64,000 nt of DNA from Micavibrio sp. Its GTDB lineage: Bacteria; Pseudomonadota; Alphaproteobacteria; Micavibrionales; Micavibrionaceae. The notes below the pieces were generated by a model that was not told the DNA's origin, did not search any database, and saw only the letters and a program-made list of their open reading frames with translations. Made by a program: the position numbers and the translations under genes. Below, piece by piece: positions 1 to 11,643 of this stretch. The stretch spans positions 238-64,237 of the forward strand of contig NZAJ01000093.1 in the NCBI GenBank assembly GCA_002687495.1, in the 5' to 3' direction. The stretch's first letter is position 1. Every line of letters starts with the position of its first letter.

Positions 1-1
1 T

Positions 2-157
2 GTGATCATCGTTGGGGCACTCACCGCTCTTGCGCCCGTTGATGGCAGCTTCTCCTTCATGGCGTTTTTAGGCGTTATCTTTGCCTCGATCAATATTTTC
101 GGCGGCTTCATTATTACCAGACGTATGCTGCATATGTTTAAAAAGAAAGGCTCTTAA
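2..157 (+). CDS. pntA: NAD(P) transhydrogenase alpha subunit, C-terminal membrane part (5'-truncated by window edge)
   Basis: Frame 2 is open from the window edge: VIIVGALTALAPVDGSFSFMAFLGVIFASINIFGGFIITRRMLHMFKKKGS*, ending at TAA 155-157. The INIFGGF..T.RML.MF tail is typical of the small alpha-2 subunit. It lies directly upstream of pntB. Confidence 0.8.
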   Translation: MIIVGALTALAPVDGSFSFMAFLGVIFASINIFGGFIITRRMLHMFKKKGS

Positions 158-163
158 ACCACA

Positions 164-1552
164 ATGGAAACTCTAGCATCCCTTACATATTTGGTGTCTG
201 CAGTTCTATTTATTCTAGCGCTGCGCGGCCTTTCTCACCCTGAAAGCGCACGACAAGGTTTGAATTTTGGAATTGCCGGTATGGCTATCGCGATTATCAC
301 GACTATGATCTTACCAGCCGTTGGTGGTTGGCTTTGGATCGTTTTAGGTATCGGTATTGGCGGCGCTATCGGCACAACCATTGCCCAAAAAATTGAGATG
401 ACATCTCTGCCTCAATTAATGGCCGCGTTTCACTCTCTCGTTGGCCTTGCTGCGGTGTGCGTTGCAACCGCCGCTTTTGGTTCGCCGGAAGCATTTAATA
501 TTGGCACGCATGACGATATCCACCTCGCCTCTCTTATTGAAATGGCTTTAGGCCTTGCGATTGGTGCCATCACCTTTACAGGGTCTATTGTCGCTTGGGG
601 TAAGTTAGAGGGACGCATTTCTGGCAAGCCTGTTATTTTCGGCGGTCAGCATGCTCTTAATGGGACATTAGCCATTGCCTTGGTACTTCTTATTATCTTA
701 CTTTGCGCAACGGAAAGCAGCTTTGTCTTTTTCCTTATCGCAGTTTTAGCTATGGCTTTAGGTGTTTTAATCATCATTCCAATTGGCGGCGCAGATATGC
801 CTGTGATTGTTTCAATGCTGAATTCTTATTCAGGTTGGGCTGCCGCAGGGATTGGCTTTACGCTTCACAACAACCTGCTGATCATTACTGGCGCGCTTGT
901 CGGTGCTTCTGGTGCTATTTTGTCTTACATCATGTGTAAAGGCATGAATCGCTCATTTCTATCTGTCATACTCGGCGGATTTGGCGGTGAGCAATCCTCT
1001 GGCGCTGCAGAAGATATGGGCGATCGTCAAGCCAAGATCGGCTCTGCGGATGATGCAGCCTTTATCATGAAGAATGCTTCTAAAGTCATTATCGTTCCTG
1101 GATATGGTATGGCGGTTGCGCAAGCACAGCATGCTTTGCGTGAAATGTCTGATATTCTGAAGGCTGAAGGTGTGGATGTTAAATATGCTATTCACCCCGT
1201 TGCAGGCCGCATGCCTGGCCATATGAACGTACTTTTAGCCGAAGCGAATGTCCCCTATGATGAAGTTTTCGAGATGGAGGACATCAATAGAGAATTTGCA
1301 CAAGCTGATGTCGTTTATGTGATTGGCGCGAATGATATTACAAACCCAGCAGCGAAAAATGATGCTGGATCGCCTATTTATGGCATGCCTGTTTTAGATG
1401 TCGATAAAGCGAAAACTGTCTTGTTTGTAAAACGTTCACTCGGCTCTGGCTATGCTGGGATTGATAACCCTCTCTTTTTTGAAGAAGGCACGATGATGCT
1501 TCTCGATGATGCAAAGAAAATGACGGAAGACATCATTAAAGCTATGGAATAA
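164..1552 (+). CDS. pntB: NAD(P) transhydrogenase subunit beta
   Basis: 462 aa. Polytopic N-terminal half plus a soluble dIII domain with VPGYGMAVAQAQH and GANDITNPAA motifs. Confidence 0.95.
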   Translation: METLASLTYLVSAVLFILALRGLSHPESARQGLNFGIAGMAIAIITTMILPAVGGWLWIVLGIGIGGAIGTTIAQKIEMTSLPQLMAAFHSLVGLAAVCVATAAFGSPEAFNIGTHDDIHLASLIEMALGLAIGAITFTGSIVAWGKLEGRISGKPVIFGGQHALNGTLAIALVLLIILLCATESSFVFFLIAVLAMALGVLIIIPIGGADMPVIVSMLNSYSGWAAAGIGFTLHNNLLIITGALVGASGAILSYIMCKGMNRSFLSVILGGFGGEQSSGAAEDMGDRQAKIGSADDAAFIMKNASKVIIVPGYGMAVAQAQHALREMSDILKAEGVDVKYAIHPVAGRMPGHMNVLLAEANVPYDEVFEMEDINREFAQADVVYVIGANDITNPAAKNDAGSPIYGMPVLDVDKAKTVLFVKRSLGSGYAGIDNPLFFEEGTMMLLDDAKKMTEDIIKAME

Positions 1553-1642
1553 ACCTGATTTTCCGAATTGTTTTTCCTCTTTGTTAATCTTTTTAGGGGC
1601 ATTATAGAACTTAATATTAGGTCATAATTATATAACACATAT

Positions 1643-2653
1643 ATGAATTTTAAGAGCGCCATCATTCCCAATTTAGAGCCTCGCTTTCAAGAACCTGAAG
1701 GCTGGAGATGGCACAGTTTCAAAAGAAATGAGCGCGAAATACGTTTCGGCTCCGTCTTTCCAAAAGACAAAGTGCCTGATGCTGTTGTGATCGGACTTGG
1801 CGGTCTCTCAGAATTTGCAGAAAAATATTTCGAGATTGCGCATTGGTGCCTTGAGCATAATCTAGCTTTTTGGATAATGGATTGGTATGGGCAAGGACGC
1901 TCAGGACGCTATCTAGACAATCCGCATAAACGCCATGCGGTCGATTTCGACGAAGATGTTGAGGACTTACATTATTTCTATATGGAGTATGTTAAGCACG
2001 CTTGTGTACATCCTGATGTCGGACGCATCCCTGTCGCCATGCTTGCGCATTCTATGGGCGGCAATATTGGCTTAAGATTCCTTCATAAATATCCTGACAT
2101 ATTTGAATGCGCCGCATTTAGCGCGCCGATGTTTGGCGTTAAAGCCTTATCCGTTATTCCTAAGCCCCTTCGCCTTCTCGCGACATCTAGTCTTAATCGC
2201 TTAGCGGGCGAGTCATACGCCTATGGACATGCCGAATGGCGTGAGGATTCACGCCCCGCTCCGGGGGATGATCTTTTTTCTACAGACCCATTTCGTGGTG
2301 CCATTCATAATGCTTGGTGCTTAGCAGATCCAGAGCTGCAAGTTGGGCATGTGACTTATGGTTGGGTACATCACGCTGCGCAGTCATGCGATTACATCCA
2401 AAGAGTTAAGTTTTTAAAATCCATACAAACGCATTGCCTAATCGGAATGGCGGGCGATGAACATTTTGTCGATAATGCTGCTGTGCAACACGGAGCTAAA
2501 ACATTAGCAAACGCTAAGTTAATTGAGTATTCTAAGGCTAAACACGAATTGTTAATGGAAAAAAATGAAATAAGAGATGATTTTCTTAATCATTTTTATA
2601 TACTTATAAAAGAAAATATAATAGAACGCCCCGAAGCCTTGAAACCTTTTTAA
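1643..2653 (+). CDS. alpha/beta hydrolase (lysophospholipase-like)
   Basis: 336 aa. Nucleophile elbow AHSMGG and an alpha/beta-fold layout with a late conserved His region. Confidence 0.8.
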   Translation: MNFKSAIIPNLEPRFQEPEGWRWHSFKRNEREIRFGSVFPKDKVPDAVVIGLGGLSEFAEKYFEIAHWCLEHNLAFWIMDWYGQGRSGRYLDNPHKRHAVDFDEDVEDLHYFYMEYVKHACVHPDVGRIPVAMLAHSMGGNIGLRFLHKYPDIFECAAFSAPMFGVKALSVIPKPLRLLATSSLNRLAGESYAYGHAEWREDSRPAPGDDLFSTDPFRGAIHNAWCLADPELQVGHVTYGWVHHAAQSCDYIQRVKFLKSIQTHCLIGMAGDEHFVDNAAVQHGAKTLANAKLIEYSKAKHELLMEKNEIRDDFLNHFYILIKENIIERPEALKPF

Positions 2654-2696
2654 ATAAAAGGCACTGTAGAGACTGAATGAATTTAAGGAGATAAAA

Positions 2697-2927
2697 ATGG
2701 ATAATTCCGAAAAAGACAAAATTCGTTTAAGCGACCGCATACTTTCTGCGCTTCAACTTTCGCTTGAGCAAGAAGATCTTAAGATTGCTGAGCTCTTAAC
2801 TTCAGCGATGGAACAATCCATGACACGTAACACGGGTGGCGGTGAATTTATTGAGCGCCGCGATTATCCGCCTGAGATTGAAGATGCGATGGACATGCTT
2901 CATAAGCTTCGCTCTAAAAACAAATAA
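2697..2927 (+). CDS. small hypothetical protein (76 aa)
   Basis: Strong SD (AAGGAG) 7 nt upstream of the ATG. Charged, helical-looking sequence with no recognisable family. Confidence 0.55.
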   Translation: MDNSEKDKIRLSDRILSALQLSLEQEDLKIAELLTSAMEQSMTRNTGGGEFIERRDYPPEIEDAMDMLHKLRSKNK

Positions 2928-2966
2928 ACATTGACATAATAATTATTATTTTTGTATTAAGCTCTG

Positions 2967-3497
2967 ATGAAAGATTCAGAGCTTAATGTTTATATACGTG
3001 ATTTAGCGCGTGATGATTTAGAAGACGTTGCCACCATGAAGTCGCACACGGATTCTGCTTTGATTCATGAAAACCATGGCATATTCATTCCGCCATCTGA
3101 TTTATATCCTTCAAATCTAGATACATACACAACGCTCTTTAACGCAGAGGCAGACGGAGAGAGCAAGCTTATCACGGCTTATATGCGTGGGTTTTATAAA
3201 GATCACAAGCTCAAAGCCTTCATTCGTTTTCATACGGAGGCAACCCTGCCATCTGGAAAAGTTGATGATCTTTACGTCCATCCTGACATGTGGAAGCAAG
3301 GCGTAGGAAAAGCACTCCTAGATAATGCTTTTAAAACATTCAAATAGGCTGGCAAGCGTGTAGCTCTTATAGATACTTACGCAGATCATGCTGGAGCTAA
3401 TGCATTTTATCAGAAGCTTGGAGGAAAGATTTTAAAGCCAGAAGTAATTGGCTCAGAAGTAAATACAACTTATTACAGTTTTAATTTAGAGGCCTAA
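2967..3497 (+). pseudogene. GNAT-family N-acetyltransferase interrupted by an in-frame TAG at 3345-3347
   Basis: ORF 2967-3347 contains the acetyl-CoA motif QGVGKALL. The same frame continues for 49 codons after the TAG to TAA 3495-3497. That continuation (AGKRVALIDTYADHAGANAFYQKLGGK...YYSFNLEA) aligns with the C-terminus of the adjacent GNAT paralog. Confidence 0.7.
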
Positions 3498-3500
3498 AAG

Positions 3501-4055
3501 ATGAGCACACAAAACATCAAACCCCATAGACCTCATGTCAGAGATTTAAGCGTAGCATATTTGGATAAAATCACTCTTATCGCGACAAATGCCATCATAC
3601 AGCATTTCCCAAACGTCAGATTTAACAAACCTGTTTTTCATAGCCTACAGCAAAATAAACGTGAAGACCTATCCGATCTTTTTCAAAAATATTCTTCAAA
3701 ACCAGTATATCCTTACCTCGACCAAAGCGTTAAAGGCTATACGCGTGGTTATTTTGATAGCAGCAATACATTAAAAGGATTCAGCTTTTACTCTAAAAAC
3801 CCTGATTTGATTGGTGAGTTTTTCATGCATAGCCTATATGTTGACCCTAAATTTCAAGGTCAAGGTATAGGGACATCGTTACTACAAGATGCTTTTGATA
3901 CCGCCATAGCGGATGGGGCGGTCACGCTACGCTTGGAAGCGCCATCCGAACGCATAAAAACTCATGATTTTTATCAAAAAATGGGAGGCATCCCAGATAA
4001 TCGTCGACTTATAGGAAAACAAGGAAAATCAATCCAATATAGCTTTGATCTCTAA
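3501..4055 (+). CDS. GNAT-family N-acetyltransferase
   Basis: 184 aa. QGQGIGTSLL acetyl-CoA-binding motif. Paralog of the upstream interrupted gene. Confidence 0.85.
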   Translation: MSTQNIKPHRPHVRDLSVAYLDKITLIATNAIIQHFPNVRFNKPVFHSLQQNKREDLSDLFQKYSSKPVYPYLDQSVKGYTRGYFDSSNTLKGFSFYSKNPDLIGEFFMHSLYVDPKFQGQGIGTSLLQDAFDTAIADGAVTLRLEAPSERIKTHDFYQKMGGIPDNRRLIGKQGKSIQYSFDL

Positions 4056-4059
4056 AGCT

Positions 4060-6171
<2,112 letters not shown>

Positions 6172-6263
6172 TCATCACGGTTTAACAACTCATCCGACAC
6201 TTTGTTATTGACATAATCTTAAAAATCATTAGATTAGCGTATTATTATTAAAATGAGTATGCA

Positions 6264-7382
6264 ATGAGTAACGGCAACCAAATACAGGCCGAAGCGCCTA
6301 AATCTATTACAGAGCAAATTACGGATCAGATCGATAATATTGATCCTGACTTTGATAAGCTCCCCATAGAGGATCAATATCTAATCGATGATGTTATAAA
6401 AATGTGCTGCGAGCCTGGCGTTAGAAAATTATTAGGCATGCAGCTTGTTTCCGTTAATGGAGACTCTAAGCTCCTCAATGAGAAAAAATTAATCGATAAA
6501 CAATTAGACATTCCCGGGGTGTTTAATGTTAAATTTCATCCACTACAATATCGCTCACTTCACTTCAGGCATTTCATCGGTGTAGAGCCAGAAAATGCGC
6601 CTTTATTTAATCATCGTCAAGTTCAAGCGCTTGTTTTACGCAGATCTTGCAGCCCTTTCCAAATCAGCGATCTCTTTAGCAATGAAGAATATAAGAACGT
6701 TGCCGAGCGCTTTTTCTTAGATAATCGTCAGGGTATGAATATGCATGCTTATGGGGAGACGCTAGCCCACCACATAAGTGGTACTGATGATCTCATCAGA
6801 GTACTAAAATTCATGAAAAGCTTAGATAAAATCACTTATCCAAGACCTGAAATCATCGCTGCACTTTTAACAAACAATAGAGATGGTGTAATGAGCGCCT
6901 TTAAAGGTAAGCAGCAAAATTTCTTTGATGCTTTATTCTATTTTGAGAGAAACATTAATGCCTTCATTGAAGAACATGTCCCTCAATATTCTAACGATAT
7001 TAATATTCAAGCCATCCAAGAGATGAGTGCAAGCGCCATAGTTCTAAAGCGCTTTTTCGACCCGGTCGTTGATGCAGGCGGTATGAGCCAGCAGAGCATG
7101 CAAGAAAAAATCGAGGCAAAAGAAAAAATGCCCGAATTTACTGATATTTTTAATGACCGTACATGCTACGAGCCGTTACAACAATTCCAAGCTAAAGATG
7201 TAAGCTTGCTCTATGATTTTATATGCTTAGATGATCCAGACAAATTTGAGCAGCTTCACGAAGTCTTTAAGAGTGCGCAATTCGCAGAAATTGATTACTC
7301 TGCTCTGAATGCGGCGATGCAGGGCTATAGCACGAAACCACAAACGCTCGAAGACGTATATTTTGATATACCTAAATTCTAG
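6264..7382 (+). CDS. hypothetical protein (ORFan, 372 aa)
   Basis: Long clean ORF with no signal peptide or recognisable motif. It is on the opposite strand to its flanking genes. Spot base counts suggest it is more AT-rich than its neighbours. Confidence 0.7.
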   Translation: MSNGNQIQAEAPKSITEQITDQIDNIDPDFDKLPIEDQYLIDDVIKMCCEPGVRKLLGMQLVSVNGDSKLLNEKKLIDKQLDIPGVFNVKFHPLQYRSLHFRHFIGVEPENAPLFNHRQVQALVLRRSCSPFQISDLFSNEEYKNVAERFFLDNRQGMNMHAYGETLAHHISGTDDLIRVLKFMKSLDKITYPRPEIIAALLTNNRDGVMSAFKGKQQNFFDALFYFERNINAFIEEHVPQYSNDINIQAIQEMSASAIVLKRFFDPVVDAGGMSQQSMQEKIEAKEKMPEFTDIFNDRTCYEPLQQFQAKDVSLLYDFICLDDPDKFEQLHEVFKSAQFAEIDYSALNAAMQGYSTKPQTLEDVYFDIPKF

Positions 7383-7385
7383 GTA

Positions 7386-9059
7386 TTAAGCTGCTTTTTC
7401 CAGCAATTTATCAGCTGCGGCGCGGGCTTCTATTGTGATTTCAGCCCCTGAGAGCATCCGCGCAATTTCTTCACGGCGTTCTTGATCGCTCTTAAGAGGG
7501 GTGATTGATGTGCGCACGTCATCTTCGCCGCTCTTATGCACAATCCAGTGATGATTTCCGCGCGCTGCGACTTGCGGAGAATGCGTCACCACCATGACTT
7601 GATGGGTTTTTGCAAGCATTGCCAAGCGCTCACCCACAGCATCTGCAACCGCGCCGCCAATGCCTGTATCCACCTCATCAAATATTAGCGTGCCCGCGCT
7701 TCCTACCTGCGCGAGCACAACTTTTAAGGCTAACATAAAACGCGCCATCTCGCCGCCAGAGGCGATCTTAGAAAGCGGCCCCGCTTCGGCACCGGGATTA
7801 GTTGCAATTAAAAAGGCGACATCATCAATACCCTGCTCGCCCCAATTCTCGCGTGGCTTTTCGTTCAGCGCGGTTACAAAACGCGCCTTTTCTAACTTCA
7901 AAGGCACAAGCTCTTTCATCACCGCTTGATCAAGTTTTGCTGCATATTCAGCGCGCACATCGCTAATATCGAGTGCCAGCTCTTCATATTTTTGTGCAGC
8001 TTTATTAGCTTCAATTGAGAGTGCAGATAAAATATCATCTTGTGCTTCGATGGTTTCGAGGCGCTGCTCAAGCTCGGTTAATTTATCACCCAGCCCTTCG
8101 ACTGTGCACTCATGTTTGCGTGCAGCAGAGCGCAGCGCATAGAGACGATCATCGACATCTTCAAAGCGATAAGGTTGATCTTCCATATCCATGAACATGC
8201 CATCAATTATGCTGCGTGCTGCATCGAGTTCAGCGCTCGCGCGATCCATCGCTTCCATGATCTCAGCGGATTTTTCGCCGATTTTATCTTCCGCTCTACC
8301 GATCACGCGATAAGCTTTTTGGATCATCGCATCGGCGCTACCTTCTGCGGTGAGATAGCCATGCGCGGCATTTAAAGCCTCTAAAACTTGATCTCTATTT
8401 TGCAGCGATAATTTTAGTTTCGAGAGCTCTTCTTCCTCACCTTGTTGCGGGGCTAATTTGTGCAGCTCCTCTACAACGTGGCGGAGATATTCTTCTTCCT
8501 CGCGCAATTTTTGTGCATTTTCTTCAGCGCTTTGCAGCGCTTTTTCGGCGCTGCGCCAAGCTTTAAAATATTGGCTAAGCGTGTGAACTTTTTCATCCAG
8601 CCCTGCATATTCATCGAGCAAGCCGATATGATGAATGGGGTTGAGCAAGCTATGTGTGTCGAACTGGCCATGAATTTCAACAAGGCTATCCCCGACTTGG
8701 CGAAGGAGATTGGCACTGATCGGCACGTCATTAATATAGGCTTTTGATTTCCCATCACTGCCCAGTGTGCGGCGCAGGATCAGCGCTTCACCTGCATCAA
8801 TATCAAATTCCGCTTCTTGTAAAATCTTATAGGCTTTGTGAGTGGGCGCAATCTCGTAACTGGCTGTAACGCTCGCCTTATCCGCACCTTTTCGCACCAG
8901 ACGGCTTTCCGCGCGCGCCCCTAAAGCAAGGCCAAGCGAATCGAGAAGGATGGATTTTCCGGCGCCCGTTTCTCCTGTGAGCGCACAAAGGCCACGCTGA
9001 AAATCTATTTCCAGCTTTTCAATGAGAACAACATTGTGAATCGTTAAGGCACTCAGCAT
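7386..9059 (-). CDS. recN: DNA repair protein RecN
   Basis: 557 aa. Walker A GETGAGKS, a long coiled-coil middle, and a C-terminal SMC-like signature/Walker B (SGGE...LIFDEVDTGIGG). Confidence 0.95.
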   Translation of the reverse strand: MLSALTIHNVVLIEKLEIDFQRGLCALTGETGAGKSILLDSLGLALGARAESRLVRKGADKASVTASYEIAPTHKAYKILQEAEFDIDAGEALILRRTLGSDGKSKAYINDVPISANLLRQVGDSLVEIHGQFDTHSLLNPIHHIGLLDEYAGLDEKVHTLSQYFKAWRSAEKALQSAEENAQKLREEEEYLRHVVEELHKLAPQQGEEEELSKLKLSLQNRDQVLEALNAAHGYLTAEGSADAMIQKAYRVIGRAEDKIGEKSAEIMEAMDRASAELDAARSIIDGMFMDMEDQPYRFEDVDDRLYALRSAARKHECTVEGLGDKLTELEQRLETIEAQDDILSALSIEANKAAQKYEELALDISDVRAEYAAKLDQAVMKELVPLKLEKARFVTALNEKPRENWGEQGIDDVAFLIATNPGAEAGPLSKIASGGEMARFMLALKVVLAQVGSAGTLIFDEVDTGIGGAVADAVGERLAMLAKTHQVMVVTHSPQVAARGNHHWIVHKSGEDDVRTSITPLKSDQERREEIARMLSGAEITIEARAAADKLLEKAA

Positions 9060-9109
9060 ATCGTCACTTTAGATGATTCTACGCCTGTTTGTATAGCGGC
9101 TATGACGGC

Positions 9110-10672
9110 CTATCCAATGGAAAGAGGCGCTGGCGGTGCCCCGCTTTGCCCATCATTGCCGGGCTGCATCTGCGCGATAATTTCGTTATACTCAGCCATG
9201 CCTTTTTTCAGGCCACTTTGCTCTTTAATTTTACTGAATGTTAAACCGCCAAATTTTTCGGGATGAGTTCTGACATAACGATCAATCACTACCCACGTGG
9301 TTTTAATGCCGTTTTTAAGGAAAACATCGCCTGTTGTCTTGGACGTTGGCTCCTCACCATCATGGCTCTTGATCCAATCTCTTGTTAGATCTACAAGATC
9401 CTCGGCGGTATAGCTGTGTACAGTAAAGCCACGTTTTTCTTTACAATCCGCAAGAGATTTATATTTCGGCTCATCCTCGTCATTCAGAATATGTTTTGGA
9501 ATATTTAGAGTAATATTTTCCCAATTCGTTTTTATGCCATTTGGTAAAATGACTTCTCCTGAATGCATAGATGGTTCCTCACCCTTATGGGTTTTAATAT
9601 ATTCTTTTATCACTTGATCAAGAATATCTTCAGTCAGTTTCCCACTTAAGCCCATCGCTTCGGTGAAATCTGTAACGAGCTTATAGCACGACGTTAAGCC
9701 TCTTAATTTTTTTTGAAATGCCATGTACAGACCCCCTCTCGTACTCCCATCGGGTAAATAAATCTTATTTTTTTTCAAGGTCGAAGAGCCTGTTTCCTCA
9801 ATCTCCTTTTTAAGGATTTTTATATAAAGCGCTTCACTGAGCGGGATTTTTTCAACGGCTTTGCTCTTATCCTCAACCGCTTTATGAAAGATAGCTTTAA
9901 AGGGTTTTTCTCGTTTTTCGTTATCTAACGGGCTTAATAAGCGCGCGATAAAGGAATCGATATTAGAGCCTTGCGGCTCGCGTCTCATACCGGGGAGCGC
10001 GGCGATCATTTTCTTATTTATTGTCTCGAAATATTTCGCCGGATAAATCACGTTAGAGCTAAAACAAACTTGGCCGACCTGATCACAGAGTAAAAGCTGC
10101 ATTCCTTTTTGCGGATCGCCGCTTTCATCATGGATGTTAATCAGCACATAAGGATGTTTACGCATTGAGTCTGGATCAAGCTTACTCACTTTAATGTCTA
10201 GATGCTCTGTATGGATGCCGCGCTGCTGTAAATGCGTGAGCACGCTCGCGATACGCGGCCAGCTTTTTAGCTCATAGCTGCTGCCACTGCCCTCACCCGT
10301 AAAGGCAGGCGTTTGGCGCAGTGGTTCCACCAGTACTTTTTCTAAATGCTCAACAGATGCGCCCGCTTCTTCTAAGAGGCTGAATAGCTCCTCTAAATTC
10401 TCAGCGTTTTTCCATGATTGAGCAATATTTTCTAGTGCCTGATCGATATAGTCTGCGGCTTGTAGCTTCTCGTTTATATGAGCGTCTTGAGGTGCTTTCA
10501 TATAAGAAAGCTCTTCTGTTGCCTCCAATAAGAGATCATCAGCCTCTTTTGAGCCATCATAAAGCGCGGCCAGCTCTGAGCACTCACCGTGGGCTTTGTT
10601 AAAAGCCTCTAAGCTTACGTCCTTATATTTTCCCTGATGTGCAGGATTAGTGCTTGTCGTTTCACTCGCCAT
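9110..10672 (-). CDS. hypothetical protein with three tandem repeat modules of about 70 aa
   Basis: 520 aa. The C-terminal half repeats the pattern ..EDL......IK.H.GEEP....G.V.L.NGIKT.W..I.. at residues about 277-345, 346-420 and 421-490. No known family recognised. Confidence 0.75.
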   Translation of the reverse strand: MASETTSTNPAHQGKYKDVSLEAFNKAHGECSELAALYDGSKEADDLLLEATEELSYMKAPQDAHINEKLQAADYIDQALENIAQSWKNAENLEELFSLLEEAGASVEHLEKVLVEPLRQTPAFTGEGSGSSYELKSWPRIASVLTHLQQRGIHTEHLDIKVSKLDPDSMRKHPYVLINIHDESGDPQKGMQLLLCDQVGQVCFSSNVIYPAKYFETINKKMIAALPGMRREPQGSNIDSFIARLLSPLDNEKREKPFKAIFHKAVEDKSKAVEKIPLSEALYIKILKKEIEETGSSTLKKNKIYLPDGSTRGGLYMAFQKKLRGLTSCYKLVTDFTEAMGLSGKLTEDILDQVIKEYIKTHKGEEPSMHSGEVILPNGIKTNWENITLNIPKHILNDEDEPKYKSLADCKEKRGFTVHSYTAEDLVDLTRDWIKSHDGEEPTSKTTGDVFLKNGIKTTWVVIDRYVRTHPEKFGGLTFSKIKEQSGLKKGMAEYNEIIAQMQPGNDGQSGAPPAPLSIG

Positions 10673-10747
10673 AAATAGCCGCCATAAATTTTATTCTTAT
10701 TATTGGGGCGGACTATATACAAAATATGTAAAATATTCAAGCTTTTA

Positions 10748-11569
10748 TTATTCAGGCCTTAGGAGCGATTCGATTGAGCGCTCCACAAGACCGCGCTCAT
10801 CTTCAACCAACTGCCTTTGCTGAGGATCAAGCAAAGCATAGCTGCGCTCATACCAGCTACTACCAGGGTAGTTATAGCCTAACACCGCGGCAACTTGCGT
10901 TGCCTCATTTTGCAGGCCGAGCGTGACATAAATCTCGACTAAACGGTGTAAAGCTTCGGCTGTATGGCTGGTAGTTTGGTATTTTTCAATCACGCTTTTA
11001 AAGCGATTAATCGCGGCGTTTAGATGGTTGCGCTCTAGGTAATAGCGGCCGATCTCCATTTCTTTACCGGCGAGGTGATCGACAACAAGATCACGTTTTA
11101 GTGTGGCATCACGCGTGTAGCGACTATCGGGGAAACGGCGGATCAAGCTTTCGAAAGCCGTAAGCGCATCTTGTGACATACCCTGATCACGCTCTACGCC
11201 AGATATCTGACGGTAATAGCACAGCGCCTTGAGGTAATATGCGTAATCAATATCGCTGCTGCCTGGGTGAAGTTCAATAAAGCGATCCAAAGACATTACA
11301 GCTTCGTCATAGCGCTCGCCTTCAAAGTAAGCATAAGCTGCCATGAGCTGGGCTTGCGTTGCCCATTTTGAGTATGGATGCTGGCGCTCGACCTCTTCAA
11401 AATCTCTTGTCGCGGCGATATATTCACCATCATCAAGCGCTTTTGCTGCGCGGTTATACAGCACATCTGCGGTTTCTTCGACCTGCACATCTGTGCGCTC
11501 GCCATTTGAAGAGCAGCCAGCAAGGAGTGCTAGAATACATGTAGAGAAAATTAAGCCGGATATACGCAT
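10748..11569 (-). CDS. bamD: outer membrane protein assembly factor BamD (TPR lipoprotein)
   Basis: 273 aa. Lipobox LLAGC at the N-terminus and TPR-like repeats. Conserved position between lpxC and recN. Confidence 0.9.
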   Translation of the reverse strand: MRISGLIFSTCILALLAGCSSNGERTDVQVEETADVLYNRAAKALDDGEYIAATRDFEEVERQHPYSKWATQAQLMAAYAYFEGERYDEAVMSLDRFIELHPGSSDIDYAYYLKALCYYRQISGVERDQGMSQDALTAFESLIRRFPDSRYTRDATLKRDLVVDHLAGKEMEIGRYYLERNHLNAAINRFKSVIEKYQTTSHTAEALHRLVEIYVTLGLQNEATQVAAVLGYNYPGSSWYERSYALLDPQQRQLVEDERGLVERSIESLLRPE

Positions 11570-11643
11570 ATTATGATCGCCTATTTATTTCAAAAGTGGA
11601 TATAGCTTAATACCCAACTTTGAGAAGGTCGAGTCTTTATGGC

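Noticed and set aside
9060-9109. Alphaproteobacterial SOS box (GTTC-N7-GTTC or GAAC-N7-GAAC) upstream of recN.
   Set aside because: The 50-bp spacer contains no GTTC or GAAC direct repeat. recN may be transcribed with, or from within, the upstream ORFan.
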